A DNA stretch of 64,000 bases from Mobula hypostoma (Eukaryota): the NCBI RefSeq assembly GCF_963921235.1, contig NC_086107.1:108006001-108070000 (forward strand). Direction: 5' to 3'. The translations under genes and the position numbers were made by a program. Positions 38,886 through 50,920 of this stretch are shown here, in pieces; position 1 is the first letter of the stretch; each line of letters starts with the position of its first letter. Below the pieces are notes generated by a model, which was given only the letters and a program-made list of their open reading frames with translations, was not told the DNA's origin and ran no database searches.

Positions 38886-39910
38886 AAACTCAGTCCTAAA
38901 AGGCTTCCCCTTTATCCTCAAACTGTGACCCCTCATTCTGGACTTCCCCAACATCGGGAACAATCTTCCTGCATCTAGCCTGTCCAATCCCTTTAGGATT
39001 TTATACGTTTCAATCAGATCCCCCCTCAATCTTCTAAATTCCAACGAGTACAAGCCCAGTTCATCCAGTCTTTCTTCATATGAAGGTCCTGCCATCCCAG
39101 GAATCAATCTGGTGAACCTTCTTTGTACTCCCTCTATGGCAAGGATGTCTTTCCTCAGATTAGGGGACCAAAACTGCACACAATACTCCAGGTGTAGTCT
39201 CACCAAGGCCTTGTACAACTGCAGTAGTACCTCCCTGCTCCTGTACTCGAATCCTCTCGCTATAAATGCCAGCATACCATTCGCCTTTTTCACCGCCTGC
39301 TGTACCTGTGTTTAGTAATGTAGCTTTCTGGGGATTTACATAGATATTGCTGCGAAGGCCTAACTGTTTAATGCTATTATGTAGTGACTTTGGGATGATA
39401 CCAGATGTAGATATTACTATTGGAACAACGTATACCTTGTTCATGTTCCATAGTCTTGCAATTTCTTCTTTCAATTCAGCATATTTCTGGTGTTCTTCAC
39501 ATATTGATTCCTCTAAGTTATGTGTGTTTGCAATGGCTAGGTCTACTAAGTAAGAGTTCGGCACGGACTAGAAGGGCTGAGATGGTTTGTTTCCATGCTG
39601 TAATTGTTATATGGTTATATGGTTATAAGTAAGTTGTTCTTTTTTGATTATCATGTAATATCATATTTGGATGGTTATAATGGAATAACAGTTGTAATTG
39701 TAATATAATTTGTGGGATTCAAGCTTGTATGTGTAGTAAGTTTTCACTTATTGATTTCTGTATAATATGTGTGTTTGAAATGTGTGCTATTATTATAATT
39801 ATTTCTCTCTGGTACAACTTACTGTCTCTTGTATTTTGGCTGTTTGTCCCTCCTGTTGGGTGTGGTCTTTCACTGGTTCCATTGTGTTTCTTGGATTTAA
39901 CATCCTTTAA

Positions 39911-40447
39911 CATCTGCCGGACAATGCTGAGGATGTTCTACGAGTCTGTGGTGGCCAGTGCTATCATGTTTGCTGTTGTGTGCTGGGGCAGCAGGCTGAG
40001 GGTAGCAGACACCAACAGAATCAACAAACTCATTTGTAAGGCCAGTGATGTTGTGGGGATGGAACTGGACTCTCTGACGGTGGTGTCTGAAAAGAGGATG
40101 CTGTCCAAGTTGCATGCCATCTTGGACAATGTCTCCCATCCACTACATAATGTACTGGGTGGGCACAGGAGTACATTCAGCCAGAGACTCATTCCACTGA
40201 GATGCAACACAGAGCATCAGAGGAAGTCATTCCTGCCTGTGGCCATCAAACTTTACAACTCCTCCCTTGGAGGGTCAGACACCCTGGGCCAATAGGCTGG
40301 TCCTGGACTTATTTCCTGACATAATTTACATATTATTATTTAATTATTTATGGTTTTATATTGCTATATTTATACTCTATTCTTGGTTGGTGCAACTGTA
40401 ATGAAACCCAATTTCCCTCGGGATCAATAAAGTATGACTATGACTAT
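39911..40447 (+). mobile_element. Young Rex1/Babar LINE 3' fragment
   Basis: C-terminal part of ORF 39729-40295, followed by a CCCTCGGGATCAATAAAGTATGACTATGACT tail. Confidence 0.9.
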
Positions 40448-41228
40448 ATATATACTTTGATAACAAATTTATTTTGAGTTTGAAGTCTGAACTCATTGCC
40501 ATTTACTCAACATGCTCCTGCATTTCTTTCCTTCCAGGTACTGACTGAATTGTAATTGAACAATTTCCACTTTCCACTATTAACCCTGGTGTATTTCAAC
40601 CTCGGGTGGCAGGGTGGAGACACGTCTCTACCAAAGGAGGTGTAAGGTGCTCCTTCCCTCCGCTAGCCTGCAGGTCACCCTTGGGCAAGGTGTAGCACCT
40701 GCTTAGACCCCCCGATCATTGTCAAGTGAAACCATGGGAGCAGGTGGTGGATGGTCATATGAGCAACTAGTGCACATTACAAGTCCTGGTTATGCGACCA
40801 CTGACACCAGGCAGACAATCTCTGAAGAGTATTGATTATGGCCATGATCGCCCATGTCCTATGAAACAACACATAATTATGATGATGATATTTTATTGTC
40901 TCACATTATATTTAGTTGGTTTTCCAATTATCTTTACACGCGACTCCTGTTTATTAACCCATCCAGTGATGGGAAACCTTTGCTCCATCTACTCTGGCTA
41001 AATCTTTTCCTGATATTAAAGATAAAGGTCAGATTAGCTTTCTTTGTCATGTGTACATCGAAACATATGGTGAAATGCGTTGTTTGTGTCAAATCAAATC
41101 CGGGGGGGGTTTGTGCTGGGCAGCCTGCAAGTGTTGCACCTTCTAGCGCCAATGTAACATGTCCAAAACTCATTGCCACTAACTCCATGCCTTTGGAATA
41201 CGGGAGGAAACCAGAGCACCCGGAGAGT

Positions 41229-41876
41229 GAGGAGGGAGGAGAAGATGGCGGCGCGACGCAGCGCGTGCGGCCCTTCAGAATGATATCGTATGTGTTAACT
41301 AGGGGGCCGTGCACAATCCTAATTTGATGGAGACAGCCGTGAGAAGCACAGAGGAACACCCGGAGAAACTTCTGAAATGCCCGCTTCGCTGCCGCTGCTA
41401 CTGTGTGATTGAAAATCTCCGGAAGGGAAGGCTCCAAATCCTCGGCTTTGCCTATTGCCCGTTGCTGGGGTGGGGGTTGAAGCGCTCGTCAGAGATGGTG
41501 CTCGGTGTTGGAGAGCTGGTTGGAGGCTCGAAGTTTTCGGACGGACTCGGAGTTGGACTGTGGTCGGATGCTTCCGGGATGCTGCATCGGCAAGTTTGCG
41601 GTGCTGGAGGTTCACCGTCTGCGTGAGATGATGGGACTTTCGAGAGACTTTGAGACTTTTACCGTGCCCATGGTCTGTTCTTATCAAATTACTGTATTGC
41701 TTTGCACTATTGTAACAATATGTTATAATTATGTGGTTTTTGTCAGTTTTTCAGTCGGTTTGTCATACGTTTCTGTGATATCATTCTGGAAAAACATTGT
41801 ATCATTTCTTAATGCATGCATTACTAAATGACAATAAAAGAGGACTGCGTGTCCTCATAATCTAAAAAAATCTAAA
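41229..41876 (+). mobile_element. Non-autonomous LINE-dependent element (copy B), nested in a V-SINE
   Basis: Starts with AAGATGGCGGC (41242-41252) and ends with a GAGGAC/GTCCTC hairpin and ATCTAA repeats. Homologous to 2126-3391. Confidence 0.75.
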
Positions 41877-42244
41877 CCTACACGGTTAGAGAAAGAATTT
41901 ACAAGCTCCTTACAGATGGCATTGGAAATTGAACCCTAGTCTTATTGGTGTTGTAGAGGGTTGCGTTAACCGCTACGCTACCGTGCTGCCCAACCTGTTC
42001 CAAGGAGAACCTAAAATCTATCTACATGATTATTTAAGGCATGGCTGTGCCCAATGGCTCATGGGAATTGAAGAGGATGTCATGGTGGGTGCAAAGAGAG
42101 CCTGGAGAGGTGTGACCAGGGTGAAGAGACCGGCTCTGCCACACTGACCCAACTCCCCGCAGGAGGTACAGTGGAAGTTCCACATCCCTCTGGTAAATGG
42201 CCATCTGAGAGGGATGTTAGTTTTAGTTTATTATCTTGTTTGGA

Positions 42245-42620
42245 CCTCCAAGAGGTCTCACGATCTTGTTGTAGGGTTTGGAGGTTTGTGTGGCTCAATG
42301 ACCTGGAGAGCTCTGTTGACTGGAGTCAGGGCCTTGTGCTTTGGCTTTTGAAAGGGTCACCCATGACAAATAGGTCAAAGGGTAGAGACCAGACGAAGAG
42401 AGGTTCACTGGTCCTCCTGGTTTGGGGGTTCAACTGAGGGCTAACAAATCTGATTGGTCAAAAATATTCTTACACAAACAGCAATGAAGAATCCTTCTAC
42501 ATCTGTGTGTGACTGAGGACCCTGGGGCACAAGAGAGAAGATGGCCAAGGACAGACTGAGATGGAGGACCTTCATTGCTGCCCTAAATGCCAGGGGCATA
42601 ATGGCCAGTAAGTAAGTACC
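42245..42620 (+). mobile_element. RTE-derived non-autonomous element
   Basis: RTE-like 5' UTR joined to a 3' remnant (DRLRWRTFIAALNA) and an (AGTA)n tail. Confidence 0.7.
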
Positions 42621-44014
42621 TTGTTTGGAAGATCACACCTCTGCTAAGGCAGGGCTCTCCCCATATTCAGCAGGCGTGCCAACCGGGGCCTTGCTTAATC
42701 TTTGAATATGATAGCGCGCACAACTCACGGAATCACAGTCGACCCAACAACAACCAATTGGCATTGAGTTATGTACAATATTGTCATACCACAAAGCTGC
42801 TGTCTCACAGCGCTAGAGACACAGGTTCAATCCAGACCTTGGGTTTTGTCAACAGGGAGTGTAAGGAAAGAGTATTTTTGTGTAAGCAGGAACCTTCCCT
42901 TAGGCTGGTTGTGACTAAGAGTTTGAGATGGAGATGAGGACATTGAGAGAGAAAGAGAGAGATTGGAAAAGCTGTCAGGCATTTGCAGTTCCCTCTGGCA
43001 GTATATTGTGTGGGGTGACTTAGTGATTCCTTGATAAGTATTATTCTGTCTCTTTTGTTATTTTATTAATAATTTTTCTTCCTTTCTGTATTTTCTTTTT
43101 GTAACTCTAATGAGGCGATTTCTTATAACCTTTAACACTTGTACAGTGCATCATTTGCTTGCAGGTGCCTCTTGCTGCCACATTATAAAAGAACAACGAA
43201 TGAATTTTGAAAATATTATCTTCCCAGGGAGTTTGCATGCTCTGTTCTATGGGTTGACTATCATCACTTGAAGCATTAACAAGACCCTTCTTGTCACTGG
43301 GGAGGGAAAATGGAACGAGAATGCTTTTAGTGGCTGCGTTGAGGTGTTGCAGAATTTTCATAGCGACTCTCTGTGAAGAAGAATAATTAGTGGGCATGCA
43401 GACTGAGGATTCTGGGTTGGAGGGAGGGAGAGAGGGAGAAAGAGAGTGTGAGAGAGAGAGGAAGAGAGAGAGGGGGATGGAATGAGGGAGAGAGGAAGAG
43501 AAAGAGACACAGAAAGAGAGAAGGGGAATGAGAATCAGAAGCAGGTTTAATATCACTGGCACACGTCGTGAAATTTGTTGTTAATGTGGCAGCAGACCAA
43601 TTCAACTCGTTGAGTATGCACCTTCAGGCTCTGGTACCTCCTTCCTGATGGTAACAATGAGAAGAGGGCATATCCTGGGTGACGGGGGTCCTTAATGATG
43701 GACGCCACTCCTTGAAGATGTCTTGGTTGCTATGGAGGTTAGTGCTCATGGTGGAGCTGACTGAAATCTCAACTTTCTGCAGCTTCTTTCGAACACATGT
43801 GATAGCCCCACCACCCCCATACCAGATGGTGATGCAGCCAGTCAGAATGCTTTCCACGATATATTTGAGAGCGTCTTTGGGGACCGGCTGAAGTATGTCA
43901 AACTCCATATGAAATATAGCCGCTGGGGTGTCTTCTTTGTGACAGCATCAATATGTTGGGCCCAGGACAGATCCTCAGAGATGTTTACACCCAGGAACTT
44001 GAAATTGCTCCAGT

Positions 44015-44608
44015 AAGGGAGAGAGGAAGACAGAGGGAAAGAAAGAGAAGGGGGTGGGGGGGAGGGAGATAGAGGGAAAGAGAGGGAGAGGGAAAGTGAG
44101 AGGGGGAGAGAGAGGGAAAGAGAGAGGGAAAGGGGGAGAGGGAGAGAGTATATGTGTGTGTGAGGGAGATAAATAGAACAAGAGAGATCAAGATAGAGAG
44201 ACTTAGGAGATTGAGATCAGGAGAGATTGTGTGTGAGAAAGAGAGGAAGTGAGCTATGGCCTTGCACAAGAGATTGAGAATAAGAGTGTGAGAGAGAAAA
44301 TGAAAGAGAAAAAGAGAGAGACTGAGCGAAAACAACTGAGCACACAGGAGACAGTTAGAAAGAAAGTAGTAAGCGAGTGAAAATGAAAGACCAAGATAGG
44401 GAGATAGGGTCAAAGAGAAAGAGAGAGAGAGAGAGGGAGAGAAAGAGAGAGAGAGGGAGAGAGAGAGAGGGAGAGAAAGCGAGAGAGAGAAAGATAGAGT
44501 TAAAGTCAGAGATAGAGAAAGAGAGATGAAGAGGGAGAGTGTGTGTGAGAGAGAGAGAAAGATAGAGTTAAAGTCAGAGATAGAGAAAGAGAGAGAGAGA
44601 TGAAGAGA

Positions 44609-44639
<31 letters not shown>

Positions 44640-44760
44640 TTGGATTAGTGATAGAGAGAGACAGAGATAGAGCAGATAGACAGAAAGATAAGAGAGAGTG
44701 TGTGTATGTGGGGGTATGCATGTGAGAAAGAGAGGAGAGAGAAAGGAAGAGAAACACAGA
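44015..44760. repeat. GA-rich polypurine low-complexity tract
   Basis: Degenerate (GA)n with an internal duplication of AAGATAGAGTTAAAGTCAGAGATAGAGAAAGAGAGA. Confidence 0.9.
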
Positions 44761-45699
44761 ACAAGGTACTGCCTTAAGGACGGAGTGGGTGTACAATGTG
44801 ATGAAAGACTCTTTCCCTGCAGTATGTGTGACCCAATGAATTGTTCAGGAACAGCAGCGTTGGTGTTTAAAGAAAGAGGGTCTGATTTCCGCAGAGTGAA
44901 GGAGGCTGAGGGGTCACCTGCCAGACAACTTGTCAGGACCCAATGGGCTTGCACCCAATGGTTTTAAAGAAAATAAGAATGTAACAAGGTGAGTCAACAA
45001 AGGGGGCGGGGGGGGGTTGACTTAGATGTAATATATTTGGATTTTGAGAAGGTAGTTGACAAGGTGCCACGTAAAAAGAGGAGCACAAATTAAGGTAGCA
45101 TAGCGGTTAACATTACACTTTACAACACCAGTGACTGGGATTCAGTTCCCACCGCTGTCAGTAAGATAATCAGACCTTTTCCCAGGACCTCATGGGCTTC
45201 ACCCGGGCGCTCGAGCTTCATCCCACATTCCGAAGACCTGCAGTTTAGGGTTAGTGAGCTGTGGGCATGTTTTATTGGTGCAAGAAACGTGGAGGTACTT
45301 GCGGGCTGCCCCCAGCTCACCTCTGGACTGTGTTGGTCGTTGACGCAAATGACACATTTCGCTGTATATTTCGATGTACATGTGACAAATAAAGCAAATC
45401 TTTAAATCTTTAATGGAAGAAATGTATTGGTACGGATTAAAAACTGGTTATTACACAGAGAGTTAGAATAAATGGGGATTTTTCAGCTTGGAAGAATTTA
45501 TCTCGGGGCCTTCAGCTATTTACTCTTCATATTAATGACCTGAATGAGGAGAAGGAATGCAAAGTTTCCAAGTTAGCCAACGATGTGAAAATAGATGGAA
45601 GGACAAAATTGCGATAGGAATATTGTTATTCTGCTATGACCCAGAGATTGAGTACCTGGGTGACAACTTGGTAAATGGACTTTGAAGTACGAACGAACA

Positions 45700-46237
45700 C
45701 CGTATTAGGTACAGGAGTGGACCCCGGTGTGGTCTTCTGTTGCTGTAGCTCAATGACTTCTAGGTTTGACGTGTTGTGCATTCAGGGATGCTCTTCTGCA
45801 CACCACTGTTGTAAATGTGTGGTTATTTGAGTTACCATTGCCTTCCTGTCAGCTCGAACCAGTCTGTCCATTCTCCACTGATGCCCTTCATTAATAAGGT
45901 CTATTCACCCACAGAACTGCTGCTCACTAGATGTTTTTGTTTTTCACACCATTCTCTGTAAACTCTGGAGACTGTTGTGTGCAAAAATCCCAGGAAATTA
46001 GCAGTTTCTGAGATACTCAAACCACCCTGAATGGTACCAACAGTAATTCCATGGTCAAAGTTACTTAGATTACTTTTCTTTCTCATTCTGACATTTGGTC
46101 TGAACAATAACTGAACCTCTTGACCATGTTTGCATGCTTTAATGCACTGAGTTTCTGCCACATGATTGGCTGATCAGATATTTTTTAGTTAACCAGCAGA
46201 TGTGCAGGTGTACCTAATAAACTGGCCACAGAGTGCA
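45700..46237 (-). mobile_element. Tc1/mariner-derived MITE inside an ancient CR1
   Basis: Reverse complement of the 22940-24378 family. Terminal ACCTAATAAACTGGCCACAGAGTG. Confidence 0.8.
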
Positions 46238-47304
46238 TGGGGTTATACACTTTGGAAAGAGGGATCAAAAGGCAAATTGTTACCTAAATGAAGTGGGACC
46301 ATTAATGCAAATGAGTGAAGTACAGAGAGTTCAAGGTGTACTTGTACAGAGAACACCAATTGTCAGCAGGGTCTTGCAGTAAAGAGTGGAGGGACAAGTT
46401 GTATAATAACCTTTATTGCTGTGGGATGGGGTTTAGAAATAGGGATGCTTACACACTTGACAGGATGTCAGTGGAGACACACCAAGATAACTGTGTAGCC
46501 AACATCGATTTCTCTAACTTTCCCCTTCTCTCTTTTTCCATTCCCCATTCTAGCTCCCCTCTTCTCCTCTCCTGCCTATCATCTCCCTCTGGTGCTCCTC
46601 TTCCTTCCCTTTCTCCCATGGTCCACTCTCCTCTCCTATCAGATTCTTTCAGCCCTTTATCTTTTCCACCTATCACCTTCCAGCTTTTCACTTCATTCCC
46701 CCTCCGCCACCAACCTACCTTCCCCTCACCCGGCTTCACCTATCACCTTTCTGCTTGCATGTATTCCCCTCCTCACCTCTTATTCTGGCTTCTTCCCCTT
46801 TCCTTTCCAGTCCTGATGAAGGATCTGAACCCAATGCGCTAACTCTTTTTCTCCTCTCCATAGATGCTGCCTGACCTGCTGAGTTCCTCCAGCATTTTGA
46901 GCGTGTTAGTCTGGAGTACTGTGTACAACTCTGGTGTCTTTACTTACCGAATGATGTATCATTGGAGACAGTACAAAGGAAGTTTTGCAGGTTAACTCCT
47001 CGGATGAGAAGTTTGTCCAGTTGAGAGACGCTGAGCAGGTTGTGCCTGTATTCTTTGGAGCTTTCAAGAATGGGGCATGATCTCACCGAGGTGTGTAAGA
47101 TTCTAACTGATGAGGTGTTTTCACTAGTGTGAGAGCCATGACAGAACATGGTTACAAGATAAAGGGCTAGTCACTTGCAACTGAAATACTGCAGGTAGAA
47201 ACTTCTCCTTTGAAAAGTTCGAGAGTCTGTGGCATTCACTGCCCCCAGGGTGGTTGTAGAGGTTAGATCAACAGAAAGCTGGATGGTAGCATAGTGATTT
47301 TTAT

Positions 47305-47572
47305 GGGCATCCGTTAGTCTCATGAGACCATGGATTTGCGCCTTGGAAGGTTGTATGGAAGACCGACAGTTGCCCATGCTGCAAGTCCCCCCTCTCCACG
47401 CCACCGATGTTGTCCAAGGGAAGGGCACTAGGACCCATACAGCTTGGCACCGGTGTCGTCGCAGAGCACTGTGTGATTAAGTGCCTTGCTCAAGGACGCT
47501 GCCTCAGTCAAGGCTCAAACTAGCACCTTCAACTCACTAGATGAACGCTTTAACCACTTGGCCACGCGCCAA
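47305..47572 (-). mobile_element. tRNA-headed SINE with a non-V core
   Basis: Minus-strand head GGCGCGTGGCCAAGTGGTTAAAG (A box), then GTCCTTGAGCAAGGCACTTAA, a core shared with 205-365, and a 3' hairpin GTCTCATGAGAC. Confidence 0.7.
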
Positions 47573-48156
47573 CACACAGTATAGTGATTAGCGCAATGCT
47601 ATTAACATTCCAGTTACGCGGGTTCAATTCTGCCATTGACGGTAAGGAGTTTGCATGTGACTGGGTGGATTTTCTCCAGCTGCCCCCACATTCCAAGGAT
47701 ACGTAGATCAGTATTTTCTTTCTTTTTTTTTTAACTGTGCACAGGGTCCAGCCAGCTAGTCCCAATTTCCTGCATCTGCCCCACTTATGCCTCCAAAATG
47801 GTACATTTTCATTATAATGATACCATGTCAATTGGTCACATGGGTGTAATTGGGAAGTGCGGGCTCGTTGGGCTGGATGGGCCTGTTGCCGTGCCATATC
47901 CTGAAATAAAATTATGTCCAGCTGTGGAAGATACCTTCCTGAAAGATCGGGAGATTGTGGGCGATAGGGATCTGGCACAGTGGAGGAGCTGAGGCCGGGG
48001 TTAGGTCAGCCGTGACCATACTGAATGGTGGAATAATCCTGAGGGACAAGGTGGCTTCCTCAAGATCCGACTTCCCTGTGTCCGCGTGACAGTAACCGCT
48101 AATCATGTTCGTGACAACAGCATCGATTTGGAATAACCAACAAAACCGATTCATAC

Positions 48157-48420
48157 TGGCGGCACAGTAGCATAGTGGCGCACACAATGCTTTACAGAAC
48201 CAGCCACCAGGGTCCAATTCCTGCTGTTGTCTGTAAGGAGTTTGTACGTTCTCCCCGTGACCGCGTGGGTTTCCTCCGGGTGCTCCGGTTTCCTCCCACA
48301 GTCCAAAGACGTACTGGTTGGTAGGTTAATTGGTCAATATGAATTGTTCTGTGATTAGGCTAGGGTTAAATTGGGGGATTGCTGGGTGACACGGCTCGAA
48401 CGGCTGTACCTCAATAAATG
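48157..48420 (+). mobile_element. tRNA-derived V-SINE
   Basis: V-domain GCGTGGGTTTCCTCCGGGTGCTCCGGTTTCCTCCCACAGTCCAAAGAC. Related copies at about 1-150, 8030-8230, 9370-9640, 18165-18420, 45095-45410, 49190-49497, 52390-52668 and 57130-57400. Confidence 0.85.
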
Positions 48421-50184
48421 AATATTTGCAGCAGTCTCTACCTGGTCTGACTAAATTCCCAGGAGTTTTTCGTGGAGTCAAAGAAAGTAGAACAACATAA
48501 CCAAACTTGGAACACTGTTACACCAAGAAACACCCTCTTTGCCCATATATCCATAAACTTTCGTACAAGTTACACTTGAATTTTTTCTTTACTTTAATAC
48601 AAGACATACATAACATTTTATAAATATATACATTATACATATATATAATATATATATATGTTTTTAAAGAAGGTTCATTCCATCTTCATCTCTAACCACC
48701 AACGCCCAGTTGAGAGCCAACTTTGGACTGCAAAGTGACTGAAGTGAATCTCTCTTCAAGATACAAAGTTATCACAGCATAGAGGCCCTCCCAAAGAACA
48801 AAGTAAATATTGTACCTCTAAATGAAGAGTGCTGAGTTACTCAGAAGATCTACGTTATTCACAAAGATTTGAGTTGTTAAAAAGTCGACAGACAACACTC
48901 AGAACACAGCCTATGCTAGAGATATCATTTACAGATTTTTCTCTGTGCAATAGGAACTTAGAGCCACAATAAACAACAGGCAAGGTTTTTATTCCCTCAA
49001 GGTATACTTCAGTGGTTAAGCTGACAGGATCAGTGCGAGAAACAGGATGGATCCAGAGAAAGAGAGAGCCAAAATCTGCCACTGACAACTCAGGATATTT
49101 TAATGGAATTTTAAATGGCAGTCACTGCTCTTATGTAGAAAGCAGAGCAAGCATTAAGAAAAAAAATCCCAAACAAATTGAATCTATTTATTATTTATTT
49201 CTTTATTTAGAGATACAGCACAGATTAGGCCCTTCTGGTCCTTTAAGCCGTGCCGTCCCAGCAACCCCCAACTTAACCCTAACCTAATCACAGGACAGGT
49301 TACAATGACCAATTAACCTATCCAGTGCCCGGTTCATCTTTGGACTGTGGGAGGAAACTGGAGCAGCCGGGGAAATGCTACACATTTCACCGGGAGGATA
49401 TACAGAGATTCTTTAGAGAGGACGTTGGAATTGAAACCCGAACTCTGACGCCTCGAGATGTAATAGAGTCATGCTAACAGCTATGCTACTGTGGCACCCT
49501 TAAGCAAGGTTTGTCAGGGCATCAATTATCAATGAAGTTTCCCTCTTTTAAAGAGCAGATTTTTTTTTCTATGCGAGGGGTCTAAGCCCCCAGGTTAGCT
49601 TGAATACTGAAACGGAAGCAACTTTAACAATATAGGATGGTTTTCTTACTACACAAAGTTACAACTTGGGTATTTATGTGTACAAATTCCTGGAGTGGGA
49701 ATTGAACACAGACAAAAAAATTGTCATGGAAAAGACTACTTCCAAAGTGTAATCAAAGGCTTTGAATTTTTGCTTTTCAGTTTGGAAATTAGCATTTTAA
49801 GCGTATCACCAGTGCCTAGTGGGGTATTAGAATGGTAGGGCTACCCAGGACTGGGATTTGAAAGCACAACCTTACAATCCAGAGGCAAGACTGGGAGGCA
49901 TTCAGCCATGGTGAAAGCCCAACATTATCCGAGGGGAAGGAATCAGCCAACTGGAATTGACGCAGTAAAGCAGTGTGAAATGGCATAGGCAGGGAGATGG
50001 CGAGGGAGAAAGATGGGAGAGAGAGTTGACCATTTCCTGATCGGTCGGGAAAGGATAAGGTGAGAAAGCAGGTGTATGGGGTTGAGTGGGATACGGGATC
50101 ACCCATGGTGGAGTGGTGGAGCAGACTCGATGGGCTGAATGGCCTAATTCTGCTCCTATGTCTCTTGGTCTTATGCCATAGACT

Positions 50185-50920
50185 GGGAGTGAGAGAGACT
50201 GAGAGAGAGAGAGGACGAGGGTGGAAGAGAGGAAGTGAGAGAGAGGGGAGAGAAAGGGATGAGATTGAGGAGGAGATAGATAGAGAAAGAGAGGAAAGAG
50301 AGGGGTGAGAGAGAGAGAGAGGAGAGAAGGGTGTGAAATAAAGTGGTAGAGAGACAGCAAGAAATAGGGGAGAGGGGAGAGAGAGAGAGAGAAAGATAGG
50401 GGAAAGAGAGGGCTGTGAGAGGGAGAGGAGAGGGGGTGTGAAATAAAGGGGTAGACAGAGAGCAAGAAATAGGAAAGGGAGGACAGATGGAGATAAAGGG
50501 GAAAAGGGGCATTAGAGATGGACAGAGGGTGGAGAGGATGGAAACAGTGGAGATTGGGGGAGACATAGGGAGAATGAGAGAGAGGAGTCAAAGGATGGGG
50601 CGAGGGAGGGTAAAGAAGGAATGAGAAAGGACAAAGGGCAAGAGAGAGGGGAAAGGGTGAGAGAGAGGGAAAGTATGAATGAGAGAGGGGAAAGGGTGAG
50701 AGAATGAAAGACAGGAGAGGGAGAGTGAGAGGAGAAAGGGAGACAGGAAAAACAATAGCAGAGGAGAAAGAGGACGGAGGGGGAGAGATGGAATGAAGGA
50801 GGGAGAAAAAGAGAAATGACAGAGGGTGGAGAGAGAAAGGGTGGGAGAGGGGGGAGAGGGGAGGGAGAGCAAAACAAAAGAAGGAGAGAGGGGTAAGATG
50901 GAGAGGAGCGGAGTGGGGCA
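50185..50920. repeat. GA-rich polypurine low-complexity tract
   Basis: About 730 bp of mostly purines on the + strand, with an internal duplication GGGTGTGAAATAAAG..GTAGA.AGAG/C...AGCAAGAAATAGG. Confidence 0.9.

Larger units (their letters stand above)
36898..39306 (-). mobile_element. Young CR1 LINE 3' fragment interrupted by a Penelope element
   Basis: Near-identical to 57400-58070. TSD TGTGTTTA at 36890-36897 and 39307-39314. Confidence 0.9.
36295..39720 (-). mobile_element. R4/Dong-like non-LTR retrotransposon 3' fragment (RLE domain), multiply interrupted
   Basis: YLVDLAIANTHN...QKYAELKEEIARLWNMNKVYVVPIVISTSGIIPKSL at about 39310-39550. The 3' end continues at 36295-36391. Collinear with 61295-61725. 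Confidence 0.8.

Noticed and set aside
43107..43415. Minus-strand ORF following a pyrimidine tract
   Set aside because: The peptide is not recognisable, the pyrimidine tract is microsatellite-derived, and there is no supporting partner exon.
44810..44995. Apparent exon with CTGCAG acceptor and AAG|GTGAGT donor
   Set aside because: All three frames stop before the donor, and the 3' part is an ancient CR1 remnant (GLHPMVLK, then DVIYLDF..DKVP).
47520..47572. tRNA gene
   Set aside because: It is only a degenerate A/B-box SINE head; no full cloverleaf can be formed.
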